Part shown: positions 1 through 10,731 of the stretch, piece by piece
Layout of the letters: the number at the start of each line of letters is the position of its first letter
Position numbering within the stretch: the first letter of the stretch is position 1
NCBI RefSeq assembly: GCF_964355755.1
Contig: NC_092670.1
Coordinates: 28,446,388 to 28,510,387, forward strand
DNA length: 64,000 nucleotides
Reading direction: 5' to 3'
Source: Antedon mediterranea
Taxonomy: Eukaryota; Animalia; Echinodermata
The notes under the pieces: model-generated
The model's database searches: none
Told to the model about the DNA's origin: nothing
Seen by the model: only the letters and a program-made list of their open reading frames with translations
Made by a program: the position numbers and the translations under genes

Positions 1-6
1 GTAAAA

Positions 7-1200
7 ATATTTATTTTCAATTAAAAAAAAAAGAAAAAAAATATCCCTAGAGGTTCGCCCCACTACTCAGAGCACTCAAACCTGAGCATTACCCGTTACG
101 CCACAAACCAGTAGATGACTGAAGAGCTGATAATATTCTATTTATATGAAATGAATTATCAATCAATGAAAAATAATGCCATGCAACTTTGTTTCTGATT
201 TTAAAAAAGATCCATTTGTTTAGGCCTGTCATTCACAACCGTAAAAAATATCTCATTTTCAAAAAAAATGTTTATTTTCAATAAGAAAAAAAAAAGCAGT
301 ATCCCTAGAGGTTGGAACCTGCTACTGAGAGCACTCAAACCTGGGTATTACCCGTTACGCCACAAACCAGTAGAAGAGCTGATAATAGTCTATTTATATG
401 AAATTAATGATCAATCAATGAAAAATAATGCCATGCAACTTTGTTTCTGATTTTAAAAAAAGGTTCATTTGTTTAGGCCTGACATTTACAACCCTCAAAA
501 TATCTCACTTTCAAAAACAATATTTATTTTCAATAAAAAAAAAAAAGAAACAAAATATCCCTAGAGGTTCGAACCCACTAGTGAGAGCACTCAAACTTGA
601 GTATTACCCGTTACGCCACAAACCAGTAGATGACTGAAGAGCTGATAATACTCTATTTATATGAAATAAATAATAAATCAATGAAAAATAATGCCATGCA
701 ACTTTGTTTCTGATTTTAAAAAAGGTCCACTTGTTTAGGCCTGATTTTTACAACTCTCAAAATATCTCACTTTCCCTAGAGGTTCGAACCCACTACTGAG
801 AGCACTCAAACATGAGCATTATCCGTTACGCCACAAACCAGTAGATGACTGAGGAGCTGATAATAGTCTATTTATATGAAATGAATGATCAATCAATGAA
901 AAATAATGCCATGCAACTTTGTTTCAGATTTTAAAAAAGGTCCACTTGTTTAGGCCTGACATTTACAACCCTCAAAATATCTCACTTTCAAAAACAATAT
1001 TTATTGTCTATTAAAAAAAAGAAAAGAAAAAAAATATTCGTAGAGGTTCGAACCCACTACTGAGAGAACTCAAACCTGAGCACTACTGGTTACCCCGCAA
1101 ACCAGTAGATGAGTGAAGAGCTGATAATAGTCTATTTATATGAAATGCTGAATAATCCATCAATGTAAAATGATGTTATGCAACTTTGTTTCTGATTTAA
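7..1200 (-). repeat. ~260-bp tRNA-like satellite array, block 1
   Basis: The motif gccacaaaccagtaga recurs at 100, 359, 615 and 830 (spacings 259, 256, 215; the short monomer lacks the A-tract). The minus strand reads GGTTTGTGGCGTAACGGGTAATGCTCAGGTTTGAGTGCTCTCAGTAGTGGGTTCGAACCTCTAGGGATA then a T-run. Confidence 0.95.
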
Positions 1201-1246
1201 ACAAGCACGAATGTGCAATACTCGGGGTACAGCGAAAGAAGCTGTA
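1200..1246 (-). mobile_element. HINE/Helentron 3'-terminal fragment
   Basis: acaagcacgaatgtgcaatactcggggtac is the 3' hairpin GCAC-ATTC-GTGC plus subterminal inverted repeat (subTIR) of the ~340-bp element. It breaks off after gaagctgta. Confidence 0.7.
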
Positions 1247-1280
1247 TACAGACGTATACAGTTAGAAAGTAAAGAAAATA

Positions 1281-1351
1281 GGTTTCGCCAGGGCTCGAAC
1301 CGGGACCTTCTGCGTGTTAAGCAGACTTGACAACCACTACACTACGAAACC
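1281..1351 (-). pseudogene. tRNA-Val(AAC)-derived copy, type A
   Basis: Reverse complement GGTTTCGTAGTGTAGTGGTTGTCAAGTCTGCTTAACACGCAGAAGGTCCCGGTTCGAGCCCTGGCGAAACC. Perfect 7-bp acceptor stem and AAC anticodon arm, but a D-stem mismatch, a T-stem mismatch and a 1-nt deletion. Confidence 0.85.
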
Positions 1352-1563
1352 TCTTACATTAAAAATGTGGGTTACAGAAAGTTTTTTTATCCATTTAAAT
1401 TACAAATAAATGGTAATAAGCACAAAGCAAAATAAACATGTGTAAAAGTGATAATTACCGATTACACAAAATAAGTATTTTAAAAAATAATAAAAATAAG
1501 ATATACTCTGTATAATTATCATATTGCGTATACAGTACTTTTCACCATAAAGTTTAAAAAAAA

Positions 1564-1635
1564 GGTTTCGTCCGGGCTCGAACCAGGTACCTTCTGCGTG
1601 TTAAGCAAACGTGATAACCACTACGCCAAGAATCC
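1564..1635 (-). pseudogene. tRNA-Val(AAC)-derived copy, type B
   Basis: Val scaffold (GTAGTGGTTATCACG...TTAACACGCAGAAGGT...GGTTCGAGCCCGG). The 5' acceptor strand GGATTCT mispairs with CGAAACC. Followed by a T-run on the minus strand. Confidence 0.8.
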
Positions 1636-1715
1636 GCATATAACCATATAACTACATAACGCTGTGGTGTGTGTCACACATTGTGGCTTCTTAATTAAAC
1701 AAATTAATGAACAAA

Positions 1716-1906
1716 AAATTAAAAATCCGGCTCTATAGCTTTGAGGACATGTCCCTGTAGTATGTTCATGCCAAATCCCAGCTCAATACTATAACGAATA
1801 AGGGAGGAGTAGTACTTTAAAAATCGCACTTTTTACTCAATAGTGTCCAGATGGAGGAAGAGAAGGAGAAAATGAGTAAGTACTAGACTCGGGTACCCCG
1901 AGTAAA
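1716..1906 (-). mobile_element. HINE/Helentron 5'-half fragment, head-to-tail with the next copy
   Basis: aaaatccggctctatagctttgaggacatg ... GA-rich tract ... actcgggtaccccgagtaaaaa, immediately followed by the terminus of another copy. Confidence 0.75.
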
Positions 1907-2233
1907 AAGCACGAATGTTCGATACTCGGGGTGCAGCAAAAGAAGCTGTAATGACGTCATAAGACGGGATGTGACGTCACATACACATCAATAACCTACC
2001 AAATACGGCTATATGGTACCATCTTCGAGACATCATATGGCTGCATCCGGATTGAAATCTAAAAATCCGGCTCTATAGATTTGAGGACATGTCCCTGTAG
2101 TATATTCATGCTAAATCCCAGCTCAATACTACAGCTAATAAGGGAGGAGTAGTACTTTAAAAATCGCACTTTTTACTCAATAGTGTCCAGATGGAGGAGA
2201 AGGAGAAAATAGACTCGGGTACCCCGAGTAAAA
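1907..2233 (-). mobile_element. Non-autonomous Helentron (HINE/DINE-1-like), full length
   Basis: On the minus strand: 5' T-run, palindrome ACTCGGGGTACCCGAGT, CT-rich microsatellite-like tract, 3' subTIR G(C/T)ACCCCGAGT, then a hairpin (one mismatch in this copy) ending in a T-run. No TSD. This layout is established for HINEs. Confidence 0.75.
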
Positions 2234-5200
2234 ATATTTATTTTCAATTAAAAAAAAAAGAAAAAAAATATCCCTAGAGGTTCGCCCCACTACTCAGAGC
2301 ACTCAAACATGAGCATTACCCGTTACGCCACAAACCAGTAGATGACTGAAGAGCTGATAATATTCTATTTATATGAAATGAATTATCAATCAATGAAAAA
2401 TAATGCCATGCAACTTTGTTTCTGATTTTAAAAAAGATCCATTTGTTTAGGCCTGTCATTCACAACCCTAAAAAATATCTCATTTTCAAAAAAAATATTT
2501 ATTTTCAATAAGAAAAAAAAAAGCAGTATCCCTAGAGGTTGGAACCTGCTACTGAGAGCACTCAAACCTGGGTATTACCCGTTACGCCACAAACCAGTAG
2601 ATAACTGAAGAGCTGATAATAGTCTATTTATATGAAATTAATGATCAATCAATGAAAAATAATGCCATGCAACTTTGTTTCTGATTTTAAAAAAAGGTTC
2701 ATTTGTTTAGGCCTGACATTTACAACCCTCAAAATATCTCACTTTCAAAAACAATATTTATTTTCAATAAAAAAAAAAAGAAACAAAATATCCCTAGAGG
2801 TTCGAACCCACTAGTGAGAGCACTCAAACTTGAGTATTACCCGTTACGCCACAAACCAGTAGATGACTGAAGAGCTGATAATACTCTATTTATATGAAAT
2901 AAATAATAAATCAATGAAAAATAATGCCATGCAACTTTGTTTCTGATTTTAAAAAAGGTCCACTTGTTTAGGCCTGATTTTTACAACTCTCAAAATATCT
3001 CACTTTCCCTAGAGGTTCGAACCCACTACTGAGAGCACTCAAACATGAGCATTATCCGTTACGCCACAAACCAGTAGATGACTGAGGAGCTGATAATAGT
3101 CTATTGATATGAAATGAATGATCAATCAATGAAAAATAATGCCATGCAACTTTGTTTCAGATTTTAAAAAAGGTCCACTTTTTTAGGCCTGACATTTACA
3201 ATCCTCAAAATATCTCACTTTCAAAAACAATATTTATTGTCTATTAAAAAAAAGAAAAGAAAAAAAATATTCGTAGAGGTTCGAACCCACTACTGAGAGA
3301 ACTCAAACCTGAGCACTACTGGTTACCCCGCAAACCAGTAGATGACTGAAGAGCTGATAACAGTCTATTTATATGAAATGAATGATCAATCAATGTAAAA
3401 TGATGTTATGAAACTTTGTTTCTGATTGAAAAAAATGTCCACTTGTTTATGCCTGACATTTACAACACCCAAAATATCTCACTTTCAAAAACAATATTTA
3501 TTTTCAATTAAAAAAAAAGAAAGAAAAAAAATATTCGTAGAGGTTCGAACCCAATACTGCGAGAACTCAAACCTGAGCACTACCGGTTACGCCACAAACC
3601 AGTAGATGAGTGAAGAGCTGATAATAGTCTATTTATATGAAATGAATGATCCATCAATGTAAAATGATGTTATGCAACTTTGTTTCTGATTTAAAAAAAG
3701 GTCCACTTGGTTATAGGCTTGACATAAAAATATCTCACTTTAAAAAACAATATTTATTTTCAAATAAAAAAAAAAGAAAACAAAATATTCATAGAGGTTT
3801 GAACCCACTACTGAGAGAACTCAAACCTGAGCATTACCGGTTACGCCACAAACCAGTAGATGAGTGAAGAGATGATAATAGTCTATTTATATGAAATGCT
3901 GAATAATCCATCAATATAAAATGATGTTATGCAACTTTGTTTCTGATTTAAAAAAAGGTCCACTTGGTTTGGCTTGACATTTAAAACTATAAAAATATCT
4001 CACTTTCAAAAACAATATTTATTTTCAAATATAAAAAAAAGAAAAAAAAATATTCATAGAGGTTTGAACCCACTACTGAGAGAACTCAAACCTGAGCATT
4101 ACCGGTTAAGCAACAAACCAGTATATGAGTGAAGAGCTGATAATAGTCTATTTATATGAAATGCTGAATAATCCATCAATGTAAAATGATGTTATGCAAC
4201 TTTGTTTCTGATTTAAAAAAAGGTCCACTTGGTTAGGCTTGACATTTAAAACCATAAAAATATCTCACTTTCAAAAACAATATTTATTTTCAAATAAAAA
4301 AAAAAAAAAAAATATCCCTAGAAGTTCGAACCCACTATTGAAATCACTCAAACCTGAGCATTACCCGTTACGCCGGAAACCAGTATATGACTGAAGAGCT
4401 GATAATAGTCTATTTATATGAAATGGATGATCAATCAATGAAAAATAATGCCATGCAACTTTGTTTCTGATTTTAAAAAAGGTTCACTTGTTTAGGCCTG
4501 ACATTTACAACCCTCAAAATATCTCACTTTCAAAAACAATATTTATTTTCAATTAAAAAAAAAAAGAAACAAAATATCCGTAGAGGTTCGAACCCACTAG
4601 TGAGAGCACTCAAACTTGAGTATTAGCCGTTACGCCACAAACCAGTAGATGACTGAAGAGCTGATAATACTCTATTTATATGAAATAAATAATAAATCAA
4701 TGAAAAATAATGCCATGCAACTTTGTTTCTGATTTTAAAAAAGGTCCACTTGTTTAGGCCTGACATTTACAACCCTCAAAATATCTCATTTCAAAAACAA
4801 GATTTATTTTCAATTTAAAAAAAAAATAAAAAAAAATCCCTAGAGGTTCGACCCACTACTCAGAGCACTCAAACCTGAGCATTACCCGTTACGCCGCAAA
4901 CCAGTATATGACTGAAGAGCTGATAATAGTCTATTTATATGAAATGGATGATCAATCAATGAAAAATAATGCCATGCAACTTTGTTTCTGATTTTAAAAA
5001 AGGTTCGCTAGTTTAGGCCTGACAGTTGCAACCCTCAAAATATCTCACTTTCAAAAACAATATTTATTTTCAATTAAAAAAAAAAGAAAGGAAATATCCC
5101 TAGAGGTTCGAACCCACTACTGCGAACACTCAAACCTGAGCATTACCCGTTACGCCACAAACCAGTAGATGACTGAGTAGCTGATAATAGTCTATATATA

Positions 5201-5583
5201 TGAAATGAATAATCAATCAATGAAAAATAATGCCATGCAACTTTGTTTCTGATTTTTAAAAATGTCCACTTGTTTAGGCCTGACATTTACAACCCTCAAA
5301 ATATCTCACTTTTAAAAAACCATATTTATTTTCAATTTAAAAAAAAAAGAAAAAACAATATCCCTAGAGGTTGGAACCCGCTACTGAGAGCACTCAAACC
5401 TGAGCATTACCCGTTAGGCCACAAACCAGTAGATGACTGAAGAGCTGATAATAGTCTATTTATATGAAATGAATGATCAATCAATGAAAAATAATGCCAT
5501 GCAACTTTGTTTCTGATTTTAAAAAAGGTTTATTTGTTTAGGCCTGACATTTACAACCCTCAAAATATCTCACTTTCAAAAAC
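2230..5583 (-). repeat. ~260-bp tRNA-like satellite array, block 2 (~13 monomers)
   Basis: Tandem monomers as in block 1. The first ~1.1 kb repeats the variant order of 1-1100. Confidence 0.95.
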
Positions 5584-5930
5584 AAGCACGAATGTGCAAT
5601 ACTCGGGGTACAGCGAAAGAAGCTGTAATGACGTCATAAGACCGGATGTAACGTCACATACACATCAAAAACCGCGCTACCAAATACGGCTATACGATAC
5701 CATCTTCGAGACGTCATATGGCTGCATCCGGTATGAAATTAAAAAATCCGGCTCTCTATAGCTTTGAGGACATGTCCCTGTAGTATATTCATGCTAAATC
5801 CGAGCTCAATACTACAACGAATAAGGGAGGAGTAGTACTTTATAAATTGCACTTTTTGCTCAGTAGTGTCCGGATGGAAGAAGAAGAGGAAAAGATGAGA
5901 GAGTCCTAGACTCAGGTACCCCGACTAATA
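5581..5930 (-). mobile_element. Non-autonomous Helentron (HINE), full length, second subfamily
   Basis: aacaagcacgaatgtgcaatactcggggtac ... gaagaagaagagg ... actcaggtaccccgact. It joins the satellite at the ttcaaaaac A-run. Confidence 0.75.
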
Positions 5931-5996
5931 AAACGATATATACTCTATATCATTTTACGTATACAGTATATTTCACCGTAAAGTTAAAGAAAAATA

Positions 5997-6067
5997 GGTT
6001 TCGCCAGGGCTCGAACCGGGACCTTCTGCGAGTTAAGCAGACTTGACAACCACTACACTACGAAACC
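5997..6067 (-). pseudogene. tRNA-Val(AAC)-derived copy, type A
   Basis: As 1281-1351, with an A37>T change in the anticodon loop (TTAACTC). Confidence 0.8.
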
Positions 6068-6280
6068 TCTTACACCAAAAATGTGGGTTACACAAAGTTT
6101 TTTAATCCATTTAAATTACAAATAAATTATTATGTAATAAGCACAAAGCAAGATAAACATGTGTAAAAGTGATAATTACCGATTACAGAAAATAAATATT
6201 TTTAAAAATAATAAAAATAAGATATACTGTATATCATATTACCTTATCAGTACTTTTTACCATAAAGTTGAAAAAAAAAA

Positions 6281-6352
6281 GGTTTCGCCCGGGCTCGAAC
6301 CGGGGACCTTCTGCGTGTTAAGCAGACGTGATAACCACTACGCCAAGAAGCC
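6281..6352 (-). tRNA. tRNA-Val(AAC), best-preserved type B copy (possibly a pseudogene)
   Basis: Reverse complement GGCTTCTTGGCGTAGTGGTTATCACGTCTGCTTAACACGCAGAAGGTCCCCGGTTCGAGCCCGGGCGAAACC. Perfect anticodon and T stems and a 10-T terminator; two acceptor-stem mismatches and one D-stem mismatch. Confidence 0.7.
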
Positions 6353-6422
6353 GCATATAACTACATAACGCTGTGGTGTGTGTCACACATTGTGGCTTCT
6401 TAATTAAACAAATTAATTAACA

Positions 6423-6468
6423 AACAAGCACGAATGTGCAATACTCGGGGTACAGCGAAAGAAGCTGT
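6423..6468 (-). mobile_element. HINE 3'-terminal fragment interrupted by the 2.3-kb insert
   Basis: The paralogous copy at 52193 continues normally (gaagctgta-atgacgtc); this one switches to tacagacgtcaca. Confidence 0.7.
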
Positions 6469-6473
6469 ATACA

Positions 6474-8788
6474 GACGTCACATCCACGTCAAACAGCGAA
6501 AATGGGACATTAAGTGTTCCGAGAGCCGTTTTCATTGTTTAAGTTAGCCGGAGCCTTTTTTGATTGGCTATAAATAGAAAGTTAACGAGCATTTCGAGCG
6601 ACGCGAGTTCTGACGTCCGTGTTTTATAGGCTGTCTAAATTTCCTTTTTAACGGGTTTATATTAAATTATATTGTTGTTTGATTTATTTCTGTTAATAAA
6701 GAACATTTATATTAAACAAAAACCACAACAATAGCAATTTTAGTTGATTATGGATTAATTTATTTGAATTCTAAGATAAACGTCTAAGCCAAGTGTAAAC
6801 GTAAACAAAGCGAGTCATACGGCGAAAACAAAAAAGTGAAAACTAACTAATTTGTTAAAATAGCTAACATTAATTTGCAATTTTTAAATGAAATTCTGAA
6901 AACGCTATAATATAGTCTTATATGCATTTTCAAAGATTTCCAAATATAAGCTTGGGGTTATTTTTCAAACAAATTCTATAAGGAGTTGAAGATAGTGTAT
7001 TTTGAGCGAAAGTGCGGTGCGCGTAGGCCTAGGAATACGCGGCAAGGTTGGAATACTCGTTTCCTTAGGCGACGAGAACGACGGAAAATGCGCTCCATCA
7101 CTGTGCTCTCAATTTTAGTTCTTGTTAAGTGGATGATGCAGAATCTTATAATATGGGCATATAAATTTTAAAATAAAGTGCTCAACTTTCATTTTTCTTA
7201 TAATTATGAAGATTAGTGTGAAGTGGGGACTGTTTGCATGCCTGAACGGCTGACTTGGTAAAATACTGAAAAATCAGTCAATTAGTTAGGCCTATAGGCT
7301 AATTAATTAATGTACACAGTATATAATGTCATATTTTTATGAATAGAGCTAAACCTACTAGTAGGCTTACTAGTAATCTCATAATAAATCTGTTAATGTC
7401 ACCTTTCACTAACATATGATTGATTTAAGTATATGCTGAAAATGTTTACTTTTTATCGGAGCTAAAATGAAATTTCACGGTTCCCTGCTTTTTATTATAA
7501 TAATGGAGCAATAAATGAAATACAAATACACACCAATTAACATTTTAACTTTTAATATTATCACAAATTGCACCTTAAAAATCAGACAACAAGTTTTCTA
7601 CATGAACTTAGCTAACATTTTTTGTACTAAGCCTAATCTTCAAAAGATTTACTATTACTGTAGTAGGCCTATTACCATTATTTATTTGCCGATTTGAAAT
7701 GTACATTTAAACTTTATTAAACTACTGCACAACAACCAACCGCCACTTGAACCTTTAAATAAGTAAATTAGGATAAGTTAAAGTTTTTAAAAAATAAATG
7801 TCTCTTTGGCAATACATCTATAAATATCAATAATTACAGTATTAATAGTGCTTTTTGACATTATATGCCAGAGGTAAATTAATGACTCATAAGAAATTGT
7901 TGTTGCTTTAATGCTATTTGTATTGAAGTATGTAGAACAATCCTCTGGGGTCGGTAAAAAAAACAAAACATTCAATTAATAATAATCATTATTTAATTAT
8001 ATGTGTATATTTATTCTTATTTTCTTAGGCCTATAAACAACGCGCGCCTGACAATGAACACGCGCCAATAATGCACGCACTACCCCACTATTATAGGCTA
8101 AAGCCTGGCTCTCCTACTGTATTACTAGGCCTAGACTATATTGATTTATAAATAAAACAAAGAGGCTTTGTAGAGTTTTATGATTTAAAACAGCTTTCCT
8201 ATATATTATATGTTGCCCTTATTAATTTACAAAACCACATTTTTTATCTTATGGCGTAAAAAATGATTTTAGCTACAACCATGTGTTCCATTTTCAATAG
8301 TGAAATACCCAAGAAGGCACATGTTTAAGCAGCCATTAAAAAAAAATAAAAAATAACCCCAACGAGATTTTTTTATTAACTACTATTGAAAAATCAAATA
8401 TTCAGAAACTATAAAACCCACCTTCTCAAAAAATTGCGTTGTTTTATTACAGCCTCAACAAATTAGACAAAATTTTAACATTCGAATAGCCTAAAATTGT
8501 TTAAAAAACATCGGTGTAATTCACCCTTGTTTCACACAAAATATAATGGGTTCGTCGATTAAAAAACAATATCACGTGGTTCGTAGATGCCTCGTCAAAG
8601 GTTTTCATGAATTATTCATTAGTAAATAAAACCAAAAGTTCCAATTGGCCAGTTTGCAAAAACCTAAGATTTACTTTTCAAAACAAAGTTGCTTCCGGGT
8701 AATTGTCAACGCTGTCTCGTGTGCAAAAACGATTCGCTGCCGATAGAGGGCTCACTACTTTTTGTCCCTGGTGAATTGAGTGTGACGT
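6474..8788. mobile_element. Unclassified non-coding 2.3-kb insert bounded by GACGT direct repeats
   Basis: GACGT at 6474-6478 and 8784-8788. Paralogous sites at 1241-1265 and 12495-12519 read ctgtataca-GACGT-atacagttag with a single GACGT. The termini also form an imperfect inverted repeat. No recognisable ORF. Confidence 0.7.
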
Positions 8789-8815
8789 ATACAGTTAGCA
8801 AGTTAAAGAAAAATA

Positions 8816-8886
8816 GGTTTCGCCAGTGCTCGAACCGGTTCCTTCTGCGTGTTAAGCAGACTTGACAACCACTACACTACGAAACC
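8816..8886 (-). pseudogene. tRNA-Val(AAC)-derived copy, type A
   Basis: Type A sequence with additional T-arm substitutions. Confidence 0.8.
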
Positions 8887-9098
8887 TCTTACATTAAAAA
8901 TGTGGGTTACAGAAAGTTTTTTAATCCATTTAAATTACAAATAAATGGAAATAAGCACAAAGCAAAATAAACATGTGTAAAAGTGAAAATTACCGATTAC
9001 ACAAAATAAGTATTTTAAAAAATAATAAAAAATAAGATATACTCTGTATAATTATCATATTGCGTATACAGTACTTTTCACCATAAAGTTAAAAAAAA

Positions 9099-9170
9099 GG
9101 TTTAGTCCGGGCTCGAACCAGGTACCTTCTGCGTGTTGAGCAAACGTGATAACCACTACGCCAAGAAGCC
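9099..9170 (-). pseudogene. tRNA-Val(AAC)-derived copy, type B
   Basis: Type B sequence with further acceptor-stem and anticodon-loop (U33>C) changes. Confidence 0.75.
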
Positions 9171-9241
9171 GCATATAACTACATAACGCTGTGGTGTGTG
9201 TCACACATTGTGGCTTCTTAATTAAACAAATTAATTAACAA

Positions 9242-9664
9242 CTAGATTTAATTCGTCACTATGACGAATTATAGGTTATATGCATTGATTTAAATAAAGA
9301 TAATTGATTTTTTAAAGATATATTGATTGATTGTTTTTCTCAGAATCTTTAATTATTTATAATATATGATAGGACCTTGCTAACGCGAATACAATAGCCG
9401 GTATCACAATCCGATAAAAGATCCCTCTGCGTATAATGTCATAAACCACATTTGTTGTTACATATATTAATAAAGACATAAGTTACTTTTTATCTAGATT
9501 TCATTATAAATCATGTGTATAATCTATACACTAAGAAATAAATTTGAAAAGACAATACAGATAATAAAAAAAAATCTTATTTCGTTTCCCAAGGTGAGAC
9601 TCGATCTCGGTACCTTGAATGCCATAGACACGAGCAAAGACCATCGAGCCATACACAACTGACT
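9242..9664 (-). mobile_element. Helitron/Helentron-like element fragment (3' end), second family
   Basis: The minus strand ends AATTCGTCA-TAG-TGACGAATT (perfect 9-bp hairpin, 9250-9270), AAAT, CTAG, followed by T. This is the canonical rolling-circle 3' signature. The 5' end is not defined. Confidence 0.6.
9581..9659 (-). other. Degenerate tRNA-like/SINE-head-like segment
   Basis: Reverse complement GTTGTGTATGGCTCGATGGTCTTTGCTCGTGTCTATGGCATTCAAGGTACCGAGATCGAGTCTCACC: A-box-like TGGCTCGATGG and B-box-like GAGATCGAGTCTC at tRNA-like spacing. Confidence 0.5.
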
Positions 9665-9720
9665 GAACCGGGACCTTCTGCGTGTTAAGCAGACTTGACA
9701 ACCACTGCACTACGAAAACC
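9665..9720 (-). pseudogene. tRNA-Val type A, 3'-truncated
   Basis: gaaccgggaccttctgcgtgttaagcagacttgacaaccactgcactacgaaaacc; breaks inside the T loop. Confidence 0.75.
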
Positions 9721-9940
9721 ACTTACACTAAAAATGTGGGTTACAGAAAGTTTTTTAATCCATTTAAATTACAAATAAATATGGTAATATTAATAAGCAC
9801 AAAGAAAAATAAACATGTGTAAAAGTGATAATTACCGATTACACAAAATAAGTATTGAAAAAAATAATAAAAATAATATATACTGTGTATAATTATCATA
9901 TTGCGTATACAGTACTTTTCACCATAAAGTTTAAAAAAAA

Positions 9941-10012
9941 GGTTTCGTCCGGGCTCGAACCATGTACCTTCTGCGTGTTAAGCAAACGTGATAACCACTA
10001 CGCCAAGAATCC
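9941..10012 (-). pseudogene. tRNA-Val(AAC)-derived copy, type B
   Basis: Near-identical to 1564-1635. Confidence 0.8.
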
Positions 10013-10091
10013 GCATATAACCATATAACTACATAACGCTGTGGTGTGTGTCACACATTGTGGCTTCTTAATTAAACAAATTAATTAAAAA

Positions 10092-10285
10092 AAAATTAAA
10101 AATCCGGCTCTATAGCTTTGAGGACATGTCCCTGTAGTATGTTCATGCCAAATCTCAGCTCAATACTACAACGAATAAGGGAGGAGTAGTACTTTAAAAA
10201 TCGCACTTTTTACTCAATAGTGTCCAGATGGAGGAAGAGGAGGAGAAAATGAGTAAGTCCTAGACTCGGGTACCCCGAGTAAAAA
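10092..10285 (-). mobile_element. HINE 5'-half fragment
   Basis: Matches 1716-1906 and ends actcgggtaccccgagtaaaaa directly against the tRNA at 10288. Confidence 0.75.
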
Positions 10286-10287
10286 TA

Positions 10288-10360
10288 GGTTTCGCCAGGG
10301 CTCGAACCGGGACCTTCTGCGTGATTAAGCAGACTTGACAACCACTACACTACGAAAACC
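10288..10360 (-). pseudogene. tRNA-Val type A with a 1-nt anticodon-loop insertion
   Basis: The loop reads TTAATCAC (8 nt) instead of TTAACAC, with an extra T in the acceptor strand. Confidence 0.75.
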
Positions 10361-10579
10361 ACTTACACTAAAAATATGGATTACACTGACAGAAAGTTTT
10401 TTAATCCATTTAAATTACAAATAAATATAGTAATAAGCACAAAGAAAAATAAACATGTGTAAAAGTGATAATTACCGATTACACAAAATAAGTATTTAAA
10501 AAAATAATAAAAATAAGATATACTGTGTATAATTATCATATTGCGTATCAGTACTTTTCACCATAAAGTTTAAAAAAAA

Positions 10580-10651
10580 GGTTTCGTCCGGGCTCGAACC
10601 AGGTACCTTCTGCGTGTTAAGCAAACGTGATAACCACTACGCCAAGAATCC
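10580..10651 (-). pseudogene. tRNA-Val(AAC)-derived copy, type B
   Basis: Matches 1564-1635. Confidence 0.8.
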
Positions 10652-10731
10652 GCATATAACCATATAACTACATAACGCTGTGGTGTGTGTCACACATTGT
10701 GGCTTCTTAATTAAACAAATTAATTAACAAA

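Larger units (their letters stand above)
1..4800 (+). repeat. Segmental duplication, paralogous to ~11255-15800
   Basis: Same order of monomer variants, HINE pieces and tRNAs. tRNAs at 1281 and 1564 map to 12535 and 12818, both at offset 11,254. The right boundary is approximate because of monomer indels. Confidence 0.85.

Noticed and set aside
118-165. Hammerhead-like CTGAAGA...GAAA in the ~260-bp monomer (+ strand)
   Set aside because: Helix II does not close properly, no NUH with matching helices I and III could be built, and many monomers read GTGAAGA or CTGAGTA.
6986-7975. ORFs inside the 2.3-kb insert
   Set aside because: 60-62 aa, low complexity, no recognisable transposase or recombinase motif.
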